64,000 nt of DNA from Rhodospirillales bacterium. GTDB taxonomy: Bacteria > Pseudomonadota > Alphaproteobacteria > Rhodospirillales > 2-12-FULL-67-15. The translations under genes were made by a program, and so were the position numbers. Of this stretch, positions 34,433 through 42,679 are shown one piece after another. The stretch covers positions 2,626 through 66,625 of the forward strand of contig VGZQ01000004.1 in NCBI GenBank assembly GCA_016872535.1, read 5' to 3'. The stretch's first letter is position 1. The number at the start of each line of letters is the position of its first letter. A model generated the notes under the pieces. The model worked only from the letters and a program-made list of their open reading frames with translations, did not search any database and was not told the DNA's origin.

Positions 34433-35496
34433 GCCGCGGCCGCCTTGAGCGCCTGTTCGCGCGCGTGGTCGCGCATGCCGGTATAGAGGGCGTAGCCGAT
34501 GATGGCCGCGCCGAGCACCAGCGCGAACACCATGATCGCGAAGCTGATTTTGCTCAGGATCGGTGCCGCCCGCCCGAGCGAACCGATCAGGCCGAGATCG
34601 GCCATGTAAACCGGCACCACGAACAGGCGGCTGAACAGCACCGTGATCATGATCGCGCCCATCACCACCTTGACCATGTAGGGCTTGACGTAGGTGGTGC
34701 CGATGGCGCCGACCTGGATGCCGAACAAGGACCCGGCGAGGATGATCATGGCGAGGCGCACGTCGACGAACCCTTCCCATGCGAACTTGATGGTGCCGCC
34801 GAGACCCATAACGAAGGCGATCACCAGTTCGGTCGCCGAGGCCATCAGGCTGGGCACGCCGAGCACGTAAATCATGGAAGGCACGCCGATGAAGCCGCCG
34901 ACGGCGATGGTCGCGGCGAGCAGCCCGGTCGCGAAGCCCATCGGGATCGTGACCAAAAACGAAACGCGGGCGTCGATGCTCTTGAAGTAAACCATCGTGC
35001 CGGGAATGTGGAGCGAGCGGACCCAGAGCGCGAGCTTGCCGGCGGTCTCCTTCTGGTCGGTCAGGCCCGCCCGGTGCAGGCGCCAGGCGTCGCGCAGGAC
35101 GAACCCGCCGACGATGCCGAGCACGATCACGAACGCGACCGAAACGTAGAGGTTCGAGCCGGCGTCGCCGAACGCCTCCTTGACGTTCTGCTGGATCTGG
35201 GCGCCGATCAGCACGCCGGCCTCGGCCGAGGCGCCCATGATCAGCCCGAGCTTGACGTCGACTTGGCCGAACTTGGCGCGCTTCATGGCGCCGACCAGCG
35301 CCTTCGGGAACTTGTGGCAGATGTTGCTCGCGACCGCGACGATGCCGGGCACGCCCATGCTCATCATCGCCGGCGTCAGCACGAAGGCGCCGCCCGAGCC
35401 GATGAAGCCCGAAACCATGCCGCCGACGAAACCGACGACGAACAGGGCGGCGACATTGAGCGGATCGAGGGCGATGAAACCGGACAGGTCGGGCAT
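34429..35496 (-). CDS. TauE/SafE (DUF81) family anion exporter
   Basis: 355 aa, polytopic, with the two internally repeated halves and GG-rich helices typical of TauE/SafE. Confidence 0.85.
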   Translation of the reverse strand: MPDLSGFIALDPLNVAALFVVGFVGGMVSGFIGSGGAFVLTPAMMSMGVPGIVAVASNICHKFPKALVGAMKRAKFGQVDVKLGLIMGASAEAGVLIGAQIQQNVKEAFGDAGSNLYVSVAFVIVLGIVGGFVLRDAWRLHRAGLTDQKETAGKLALWVRSLHIPGTMVYFKSIDARVSFLVTIPMGFATGLLAATIAVGGFIGVPSMIYVLGVPSLMASATELVIAFVMGLGGTIKFAWEGFVDVRLAMIILAGSLFGIQVGAIGTTYVKPYMVKVVMGAIMITVLFSRLFVVPVYMADLGLIGSLGRAAPILSKISFAIMVFALVLGAAIIGYALYTGMRDHAREQALKAAAA

Positions 35497-35498
35497 GG

Positions 35499-35909
35499 CT
35501 ACTTCCGCGCCTTGAGGCCGAGGGTGTCCCAGAAGCGGCCGGTGAAGGCGCCGTGGACGGCCGAAAAGGCGAACGCGATCGCGATCACCAGGAAAAGCGA
35601 ATAGCCACCCTCGGCGGTCATGGCGAGGATTGGCCGCTCGAACGCATAGAGCGCGCCGTAAAGCGCGGCGCTCGCAAGCCCGAGCCCGGCGGTCTTGACG
35701 ATGCGACCGAGCGAGCGCGGGCCGCCGGCGGTCAGGCGACTGCCAAGGCTGGAAAGAATGGACTGCGCGGTGGCCACCTCGCCGCGTTCGGCGAAGACGA
35801 CCGCCGTCATAAGCGTGTCGAACTTGGTCATGACGCCGTTCGCCGGGCCCGAAAAAGCGAGGCGCGGTTTGAAAGCCCCGACAGGCAGGCGAATGGCGGC
35901 TTTTAGCAC
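35499..35909 (-). CDS. small membrane protein coupled to the TauE-like gene
   Basis: GTG 35909 with AAAGGA 9 nt upstream (alternative ATG 35831). Its stop is 2 nt before the TauE start. Two C-terminal hydrophobic helices; family not recognised. Confidence 0.5.
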   Translation of the reverse strand: MLKAAIRLPVGAFKPRLAFSGPANGVMTKFDTLMTAVVFAERGEVATAQSILSSLGSRLTAGGPRSLGRIVKTAGLGLASAALYGALYAFERPILAMTAEGGYSLFLVIAIAFAFSAVHGAFTGRFWDTLGLKARK

Positions 35910-36074
35910 GTGCAGCAATCCTTTCGCAACGGTTTGATCGACAAGGATGATCAGGTATTTCTTATATTCCGTTAATAATTGAACCTGCGCCTGAATTATG
36001 GCGATATTGAGGGTGAAAAATTCGGCGTCCGATAGCTCCGGTCGATAACGAAATCGAACAAAGTTGGGGGAGAG

Positions 36075-36914
36075 ATGGTCGCACACGAGCTTTCGCCCGT
36101 CGGTCGGTTCGACAAAATCCTGCTCGCCACCGACGGCTCCGACTACAGCGCCGGCGCCACCCGCATCGCCATCGCGCTCGCCGCCAAGGCCGGCGCCCAG
36201 TTGGTCGCGCTTACCGTGCTGCCCGACCCCGACGGCGTTGCCCCCGAACTCAACGAGGAAAAACGCAGGGCGGCGGAAGCCATCCTCGACCGGGTCCGCC
36301 AGGCCGCCAAGGCGGCGAAGGTGCCGTGCGACGCCAACGCCCGCTACGGCCACGATCCCTACGAAGTCATCGTCAAGGAAATCCGGGAGACCCATCCGGA
36401 CGTGGCGGTGCTCGGCCGGCGCGGGCGCCGGGGCCTCGCCCGCCTCGTCCTCGGCGACGCCACCGCCAAGGTGATCGGCCACGCGCCGTGCAGCGTCCTG
36501 GTGGTGCCGGAAACCGCCGAGATGTGGAGCAAAATACTGGTCGCGACCGACGGATCGCGCTCGTCGGACGCAGCCTGCGTGACCGCGGCGCGCCTCGGCC
36601 ACCTCGACAATTCGCCGCTTTCCGTGCTGTCGGTGATGGTGCCGAGCCACAGCGACGCCCGCCAGGCGGAAGCACCTCAGATCGTCGAACGCGTCGTCGC
36701 CGCCCTGAAGAAGGACGGCGTCGCCGCCGAGGGCCTGGTCGAACGCGGCATCGCCGAGGAAGCGATCATCGAGACCGCCAAGCGCCGCAACGTCGGCCTG
36801 ATCGTGCTCGGAAGCCACGGCCGCACGGGGCTCGGGCGCATCCTGTTCGGCAGCAAGGCCGAGCGGGTGATCGAAGCGGCGCCCTGCCCGGTAATGATCG
36901 TCAAGGCGATGTGA
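36075..36914 (+). CDS. tandem-domain universal stress protein (UspA family)
   Basis: Two Usp domains, each with ILLATDGS / ILVATDGS and a C-terminal G-x2-G-x9-GS motif (LGSHGRTGLGRILFGS). Confidence 0.85.
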   Translation: MVAHELSPVGRFDKILLATDGSDYSAGATRIAIALAAKAGAQLVALTVLPDPDGVAPELNEEKRRAAEAILDRVRQAAKAAKVPCDANARYGHDPYEVIVKEIRETHPDVAVLGRRGRRGLARLVLGDATAKVIGHAPCSVLVVPETAEMWSKILVATDGSRSSDAACVTAARLGHLDNSPLSVLSVMVPSHSDARQAEAPQIVERVVAALKKDGVAAEGLVERGIAEEAIIETAKRRNVGLIVLGSHGRTGLGRILFGSKAERVIEAAPCPVMIVKAM

Positions 36915-36939
36915 CGGATACCGTCGCCGACTCGCGGTC

Positions 36940-37446
36940 TTAAATATTCGCCGCGAAGATTCGCTCGCGGCGGCGCACCAGCCACCAGACCGCGAACGCG
37001 CCCACCATCTTGCTCGCGGTCATGAGGGCGACGCCGGCGGCCGAAGCGGCCCCGATCAAATAGAGAAAGACCAGACTGTCGAGGGGCGTCGAGACCGCGC
37101 TCGAAATCAGGATGCGTTCGGAAAACCGACGCCCGCTGAAGCTGTAGATGCACCAGTCGGCGAATTCGCTGACCAGGAAGGCGGCAACCGAAGCCGCCGC
37201 CACCACCGGCCCGGCCATGACGTAGCTGATGGCACCCGCGAGCAGCATGGCGACGATGACCCTGTGGCCGATCTCGCGCTGGGCGAAGTCGCGGGCGACG
37301 AAGACGAGCCCGGTGATGACCGCCGCCGGGGGCCATTTCTCGCCCCCAGGCAGATCGACCAGCGGAACCGCGTCGAACGTCCAGTTCACGAATACGATCA
37401 AGACGATGTAGAGAATGGTGTAAGCGAACGGCATGGCGTGGAACAC
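36940..37446 (-). CDS. VUT/DUF165 family protein (YhhQ-like queuosine-precursor transporter), short form
   Basis: 168 aa, hydrophobic. Motifs FVARDFAQREIG and SEFADWCIY resemble YhhQ-type transporters. Adjacent and divergent to queG. Shorter than the ~220-aa E. coli YhhQ as I recall it. Confidence 0.6.
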   Translation of the reverse strand: MFHAMPFAYTILYIVLIVFVNWTFDAVPLVDLPGGEKWPPAAVITGLVFVARDFAQREIGHRVIVAMLLAGAISYVMAGPVVAAASVAAFLVSEFADWCIYSFSGRRFSERILISSAVSTPLDSLVFLYLIGAASAAGVALMTASKMVGAFAVWWLVRRRERIFAANI

Positions 37447-37455
37447 TAGGGACCG

Positions 37456-38448
37456 ATGACGACGGGAAAGAACATGGGCGGCGACGCGCGTACGGTCAAG
37501 GCCCGCGTGGTGGACAAATCACGCATCGCGGACAAGGCACGCATCATGGCCGAAGCGCGCGCGCTCGGCTTCGCCGCGGTCGGCGTCGCGCGGGCCGAAG
37601 GCGCGGGCGAGCGCGCCGGATTGGAACGCTTCCTGGCCGAAGGCCGGGCGGGCGACATGGCCTGGATGCGCGATCGGCGGGACGTGCGCGGCCGCCCCGA
37701 GGCGATCTGGCCCGAAGCGCGCTCGGTGATCGTGGCCGCCGCGTCCTACGCGCCCGCGGAGGATCCGCACGCCGATCCGACCGAGGCCCGGATCGCCCTC
37801 TACGCGCTCAGGCGCGATTACCACGACGTCCTCAAGAAACGCCTCAAGGCGCTCGCCCGCTGGATGGTCGAATCGTTCGCCTGCGAAACGCGGGTGTTCG
37901 TCGATACCGCCCCGGTGATGGAAAAGCCGCTGGCGCAACGCGCCGGCATCGGCTGGCAGGGCAAGCACACCAATCTGGTCTCGCGCGAGCACGGCTCCTG
38001 GCTGCTGCTCGGCGAGGTGTTCACCGACCTCGATCTTCCGCCCGACGCCCCGGCCGAGGACATTTGCGGAAGCTGCGACGCCTGCGTGCGCGCGTGCCCC
38101 ACGGGCGCGCTCGACGCGCCCTACCAAATCGACGCGCGCAAATGCATTTCCTATCTCACCATCGAGCACAAAGGCGAGATCGCCCCCGAATTGGCCCGAC
38201 AGATGGGCAACCGGGTGTTCGGCTGCGACGATTGCCTCGCCGCCTGCCCGTGGAACAAGTTCGCCCTGCCCGCGCATGACCCCGCATGGCCGGAGCGCGC
38301 CGACCTCGGCCGCTTCCGGCTCGCCGACCTCGCCCGCCTCGACGACGCGGCATTCCGCAAGGCCTTCGCCGGCACGTCCGTCAAGCGCACCGGCCACGCG
38401 CGCATGATGCGCAACGTTGCGATCGCGCTCCGTAATTCAGGCGACTGA
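37456..38448 (+). CDS. queG: epoxyqueuosine reductase
   Basis: Motifs GIGWQGKHTNL, CGSCDACVRACPTGAL and CDDCLAACPWN. The true start may lie a few codons downstream of 37456. Confidence 0.85.
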   Translation: MTTGKNMGGDARTVKARVVDKSRIADKARIMAEARALGFAAVGVARAEGAGERAGLERFLAEGRAGDMAWMRDRRDVRGRPEAIWPEARSVIVAAASYAPAEDPHADPTEARIALYALRRDYHDVLKKRLKALARWMVESFACETRVFVDTAPVMEKPLAQRAGIGWQGKHTNLVSREHGSWLLLGEVFTDLDLPPDAPAEDICGSCDACVRACPTGALDAPYQIDARKCISYLTIEHKGEIAPELARQMGNRVFGCDDCLAACPWNKFALPAHDPAWPERADLGRFRLADLARLDDAAFRKAFAGTSVKRTGHARMMRNVAIALRNSGD

Positions 38449-38844
38449 CGGCGGCAGCGCCTTGGGATTGCTTTCGCGGAGCCGGTCGAGGGCTGTTCGG
38501 CGGAGATGGGCGAAGATCGCGCGATGGCGATCCGTCTCGGGCACGATCCTGCCCGCCCGCAGTTCGTCGCACAAGCGGCCGTAGAGAACGCCGAGCCGTT
38601 CACGCACCGCCACCGGCTCGGAAGGAATGGCGCCGCCCGTCTCACCCATCAGTCGGGCGAGGGCGGCGAGTTCCTCGCGCTCGGGCTCGACCCCGCGTTC
38701 CAGAACGCGCCCGGCGATGGCGACAGCGTTGGCGACCATCAGCGCCTCGTAACGCCGGGATTCGGGCAACGCGGCCAGCAGATCGCCACGCAGCGTCCGG
38801 CGCGCGATCTCCAGCAGTTCGGCGGCGGACGGCTTCGGGCGCAT
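38437..38844 (-). CDS. DUF6285-like protein (third gene of ACAD-kinase operon)
   Basis: 135 aa. Its ATG overlaps the stop of the kinase gene by 1 nt. I recall small proteins of this type as the conserved partner of ACAD-associated phosphotransferases. Assignment is from memory, not from a search. Confidence 0.55.
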   Translation of the reverse strand: MRPKPSAAELLEIARRTLRGDLLAALPESRRYEALMVANAVAIAGRVLERGVEPEREELAALARLMGETGGAIPSEPVAVRERLGVLYGRLCDELRAGRIVPETDRHRAIFAHLRRTALDRLRESNPKALPPSVA

Positions 38845-39887
38845 CACGCGCCCTCCCGGGTTCGTTCGAGGATTTCCCATTCCAATTCCGGCACCACGTG
38901 GGCGGTGAGCGCGAGTTCGAGGGATTCTTCCGCGCCCGAGGCGTGGCGGTCCGCCTGCTGGAGCGCGATCACCGCCCAGCGCACATGCGCCATCGTCTCC
39001 CAGTAGCCGAGCCGCGTGCGATCCACCGTCCGGCCCGCGCGGCGCTCGTAGGCCGCAAGAAACGCGTCGCGCGAACCGATGCCGCCCGCTTCGCGCGCGA
39101 CTTGGCCGAAGCGCCAGCATTTGGCGAGAAACCAGCCCAAGTCTTCGTCGGGATCGCCGATACCCGCGAACTCCCAATCGAGCACGGCGGCGAGTCGCCC
39201 GTCCGCGACCAGGTAATTGCCGGTGCGGAAATCGCGGTGGCAAAGGGCGAGTGGACCCTGAGGCTGGGCGTGGCGTTCGAGCCAGGCGAGCCCCCATTCC
39301 ACCGCCGGCGCGGGGTCGGGAAGATCGTCGAGGAAATCGCGATAGGTCATGACCCGGTCGAGCCCCGGCGCGCGCGACGGGGCCGCGAGAAAGGACAACT
39401 CGGGAGCGGCGAACGGGACGGCATGAATTTTCGCCAACTCCTCGCCCAGCTCGGCCGCCAGCGCGTCGCCAAAGCCATGCTCGGCCGCCGTCTTCACCAA
39501 CCGATGGCCCAAGGCTTCCCCTTCAACCCGGCGCATGATGAAAAAGGATCGCCCGAGAACGGCCGCGTCCGCGCACAGCCACAGCGGTTCCGGCACCCGC
39601 ACGCCGGCCGCGAACATCCGCCTTAACAGCGCGAATTCCGAGGCCCGGTCGTGGCTGACCGCGACGCGCGACGGGGCGTCCATGCGCACGACCGCATCCA
39701 GCCGCCCGGCGCTCGGCCCGCCCTCGATTTCGGCCGCGAGCCGCCGGTTATCCTGGATCGCGCCGCCCGCAAGCGGCTCGAACGTCTCGACGCGGACACG
39801 CGTCGCACCCGCCGCGCGCGCGAGAAAGGCCGCGAGCCGGCCGGTGTCGATGGCGGTGGCGCCGTCGTTCACGCGCCGCGTCCCCAT
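38844..39887 (-). CDS. aminoglycoside-phosphotransferase-fold kinase (APH/ChoK family)
   Basis: Motifs LCHRDFRTGNYLV (HxDxxxxN) and VLDWEFAGIGDPDEDL. Start is ATG 39887, or GTG 39872 which forms GTGA with the ACAD stop. Confidence 0.8.
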   Translation of the reverse strand: MGTRRVNDGATAIDTGRLAAFLARAAGATRVRVETFEPLAGGAIQDNRRLAAEIEGGPSAGRLDAVVRMDAPSRVAVSHDRASEFALLRRMFAAGVRVPEPLWLCADAAVLGRSFFIMRRVEGEALGHRLVKTAAEHGFGDALAAELGEELAKIHAVPFAAPELSFLAAPSRAPGLDRVMTYRDFLDDLPDPAPAVEWGLAWLERHAQPQGPLALCHRDFRTGNYLVADGRLAAVLDWEFAGIGDPDEDLGWFLAKCWRFGQVAREAGGIGSRDAFLAAYERRAGRTVDRTRLGYWETMAHVRWAVIALQQADRHASGAEESLELALTAHVVPELEWEILERTREGA

Positions 39888-41077
39888 CGCCAGAAGTCGC
39901 GACCCTGGTCGAGGAAAAAGCGCGCGAGCACCATCTTGTGCACCTCGGAGGCGCCGTCCACCAGCCGCGCCTGGCGGGCGTAGCGGTAGATCCATTCGAG
40001 CGGCGTGTCCTTGGAATAGCCGCGCGCGCCGCAGAGCTGGATCGCGGTATCGACCGCCTTGTGCAGCACGTCGGCGACCGCGATCTTGGCCATGGACACC
40101 TCGGCCTGGGCGCGCTCGCCCCGGTCGATCAACCACGCCGCGTGCATGACCAATAATCTTCCGGTTTGGATCGCCATCGCCGCTTCGCCCAGCATCCACT
40201 GCACCCCTTCGTGGTCGGCGAGCTTTTCGCCGAAGGCTTCGCGCTCGGCGACATAGGGCGCGGCGATTTCGAGCGCGCGCCGGGCCAAGCCCAGCCAGCG
40301 CATGCAATGGGTGAGCCGCGCGATTCCGAGCCGGATCTGGGTCGCCTTGAGCCCGTCGCCCGCGTTCATCAGCCGGTCCGCGTCGGGGATTTCGAAACCG
40401 TCGTATTCCACTTCGCAATGGCCGCCGTGCTCCTCCGGCCCCATGATCGGAATCCGGCGAACGATCTTGAATCCCCTGCCGCCGGGGCCATGCAGGAACG
40501 CCGTCATGTTCTTGCGGCCGGAATCGGAAGTGCGGGCGACGACGATGAAAGTTTCCGCGCCCTCGGCGCCGGTGATGAACCATTTGCGGCCGGTAATGAC
40601 CCATGTGTCGCCCCTTTTTTCGGCGCGGGTTTTCATCATGCCGCCCGGGTCCGAGCCCGAACCCGGCGCCGGTTCGGTCATGACGAAGGCCGAGCGCGCG
40701 CGGCCCTCCACGATCGGTTTCAGCCATCGTTCCTTCTGCGCGTCGCTCGCGACCTTGTTGAGCAGGATCATGTTGCCGTCGTCGGGCGCGGCGCAGTTGA
40801 AGACGACGGGGCCGAAGATCGAGCGGTTCATTTCCTCGTAGGCCGCCGCCATGCCGACGGTGGAAAGGCCCTGGCCGCCGAGCGCCTTCGGCATCTGCGG
40901 CGCCCACAGGCCGGCGGCCTTCGCTTGGGCGCGGAGCCGGGCGAGCGCGGCTTCGGAAATATTGTCGTGCGCATCCCAGATGGCCCGGTCGGCTTCGACG
41001 GGCAGGATCCTGTCCGCGACGAAGGCGGCGACGCGGGCGCGGAAATCCTCGATCTCGGGGGAAAGGGAAAAATCCAT
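39869..41077 (-). CDS. acyl-CoA dehydrogenase
   Basis: 402 aa with the full-length ACAD pattern (three-domain, MTEPAPGSGSD..., C-terminal helical domain). Confidence 0.9.
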   Translation of the reverse strand: MDFSLSPEIEDFRARVAAFVADRILPVEADRAIWDAHDNISEAALARLRAQAKAAGLWAPQMPKALGGQGLSTVGMAAAYEEMNRSIFGPVVFNCAAPDDGNMILLNKVASDAQKERWLKPIVEGRARSAFVMTEPAPGSGSDPGGMMKTRAEKRGDTWVITGRKWFITGAEGAETFIVVARTSDSGRKNMTAFLHGPGGRGFKIVRRIPIMGPEEHGGHCEVEYDGFEIPDADRLMNAGDGLKATQIRLGIARLTHCMRWLGLARRALEIAAPYVAEREAFGEKLADHEGVQWMLGEAAMAIQTGRLLVMHAAWLIDRGERAQAEVSMAKIAVADVLHKAVDTAIQLCGARGYSKDTPLEWIYRYARQARLVDGASEVHKMVLARFFLDQGRDFWRWGRGA

Positions 41078-41181
41078 GCCGAATTCCTTTGCCGGACGTC
41101 AAAGGGCGCCGTCCATGTGAGCGTTCGCCCACATCTTATCGCTCCGCGCAACGGAACGATGCTGGATTTCGCCCCAAGTAC

Positions 41182-41230
41182 ATGTTGTCGTATTTGACAA
41201 CATCATGGATTGTTGGCATATTTGTCAACA
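41182..41230 (+). promoter_or_regulatory. two tandem palindromic operators upstream of the DUF6516-like gene
   Basis: ATGTTGTC-GTATTT-GACAACAT (perfect, 41182-41203) and TTGTTGGC-ATATTT-GTCAACAT (one mismatch, 41210-41231). The second abuts the ATG. Confidence 0.45.
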
Positions 41231-41517
41231 TGAAGGCTCGGCTCGTCTGGAGGTCGAAAAACGTCCTTTCGGACGGCGCCGTCCTCGAAATGGTGATCTG
41301 GCAAGTGCCTCGACCCATCGAGGGCAGCGTCCATCGATACAAATATCGATTGTTCTACGGTCGCGACGGCGTGCGGATCGTCGGTTATGACAACGAGCGC
41401 CCCAAAAGCGACCACTGTCATTTGGACGGACGCGAACAGCCTTATAGGTTCACCACCGTCGAAGCCTTGATCGGAGATTTTCTTGCCGAGGTTCGCAAGC
41501 GGAGGACAACGAAATGA
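41230..41517 (+). CDS. DUF6516 / TumE-like putative toxin
   Basis: 95 aa. The core HRYKYRLFYGRDGVRIVGYDNERPKSDHCHLDG matches the RYDNxxxH..H pattern I recall for DUF6516 (TumE) proteins. ATGA overlap with the next gene. Confidence 0.6.
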   Translation: MKARLVWRSKNVLSDGAVLEMVIWQVPRPIEGSVHRYKYRLFYGRDGVRIVGYDNERPKSDHCHLDGREQPYRFTTVEALIGDFLAEVRKRRTTK

Positions 41518-41876
41518 GAAAAGCGACAATTCAGATTCGCAAGGATGACGAAACCGTCATCGAGGAGGCGGCGCGGGGCTTTGTCCGCGCGTGGAAGACG
41601 GGCAAATCGGACGCCGACGTGTTCACGTTCGGCTCGCCCGCCCAGCTCTTCGCGGTCCTGACGCCGAAACGCTGGGCGATGATCGAACGCTTGCAGGCCG
41701 TCGGCCCCATAAGCCTGCGCGGCCTTGCCCGCGCGCTCGGCCGCGACGTCAAGCGCGTGCACGAAGACGCGGCCGTGCTGATCGAATGGGGATTTATCGA
41801 GCGGACCGCGCAGCGGAAAATTCACGTGCCGTTCGACGTGATTCACGCCGACTTCGATTTGCGCGCGGCGGCGTAA
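41514..41876 (+). CDS. winged-helix DNA-binding protein, putative cognate antitoxin
   Basis: 120 aa with RWAMIERLQAVGPISLRGLARALGRDVKRVHEDAAVLIEWGFIER, a MarR/ArsR-like wHTH. Translationally coupled to the upstream small gene. Confidence 0.65.
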   Translation: MRKATIQIRKDDETVIEEAARGFVRAWKTGKSDADVFTFGSPAQLFAVLTPKRWAMIERLQAVGPISLRGLARALGRDVKRVHEDAAVLIEWGFIERTAQRKIHVPFDVIHADFDLRAAA

Positions 41877-41908
41877 ACGAGCAAACGATAGTTTTCCTTT
41901 TTTGATCC

Positions 41909-42679
41909 CTAAAGCGAACTCGCCACGTGCCCGCCGTCGACGACCACCGTCGCCCCGGTCATGAACCGTCCGGCGTCGGACGCGAGCAGCAACAGCGCGC
42001 CGTCAAGATCGGCGGGCTCGCCGAAGCGGCGCATGGGAATGCGCTGCTTGATCGCCGCGCCCGCCTCGCTCGCGAGGAACTCGCGGTTGAGGTCGGTTGC
42101 CATATAGCCGGGCGCGAGCGCGTTGACGCGAATTCCGTAGCGCGCCCATTCGAGCGCCAGCACCCGGGTCAGATGGTCGAGCCCCGCCTTGGCGGCGGCG
42201 TAAGGCGCGATCCCGCCCGCGGCGCGGATGCCGGCGATCGAGGCGATGTTGACGATGGCGCCGCCCTTGTCCGCGCGCGCCATGCGGCGGGCCGCTTCGG
42301 TCGCGACGAAGAACGCGCCCTTCAGATCGACATCCAGCACCCGGTTCCATTCGTCCTCGGGCGTGTCCAGCGCCGGCCGGGTCGTGGCGACGCCGGCGTT
42401 GTTGACCAGCACCGTGATCCGCCCCAGGGCCGCCTCGGCGGCGGAGAAGCCGGCGGCGACGGATTTCACGTCGCTCACGTCCATCGCCACGGACGCCGTT
42501 CGCGATCCCGATTTTGCGATTTCGGCGGCGGCTTTGTCCAAGCGATCCTTGCGCCGCGCGGCGAGCGCGACCGAAGCCCCGGCCCGGGCCAGTACTTCGG
42601 CGAAGCGCCGTCCCAAGCCGGACGACGCGCCGGTGACGAGGGCGACATGGCCCCTGAGCGAGAACAAGGATTCGGTCAT
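41909..42679 (-). CDS. short-chain dehydrogenase/reductase (SDR)
   Basis: Motifs TGASSGLG, NNAG and YAAAK. ATGA overlap with the upstream hydrolase gene. Confidence 0.9.
   Translation of the reverse strand: MTESLFSLRGHVALVTGASSGLGRRFAEVLARAGASVALAARRKDRLDKAAAEIAKSGSRTASVAMDVSDVKSVAAGFSAAEAALGRITVLVNNAGVATTRPALDTPEDEWNRVLDVDLKGAFFVATEAARRMARADKGGAIVNIASIAGIRAAGGIAPYAAAKAGLDHLTRVLALEWARYGIRVNALAPGYMATDLNREFLASEAGAAIKQRIPMRRFGEPADLDGALLLLASDAGRFMTGATVVVDGGHVASSL

Noticed and set aside
35910-36074. FNR-type box in the AT-rich usp / TauE-operon divergent region (TTGATCGACAAGGA, TGATC repeats)
   Set aside because: The second half-site does not match ATCAA/GTCAA. Only direct TGATC repeats are present, so no Crp/Fnr site was called.
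39888-41132. N-terminal 415 codons of the 762-aa track ORF 38844..41132
   Set aside because: Out-of-frame shadow over the acyl-CoA dehydrogenase gene. The kinase-like sequence starts only at 39887/39872.
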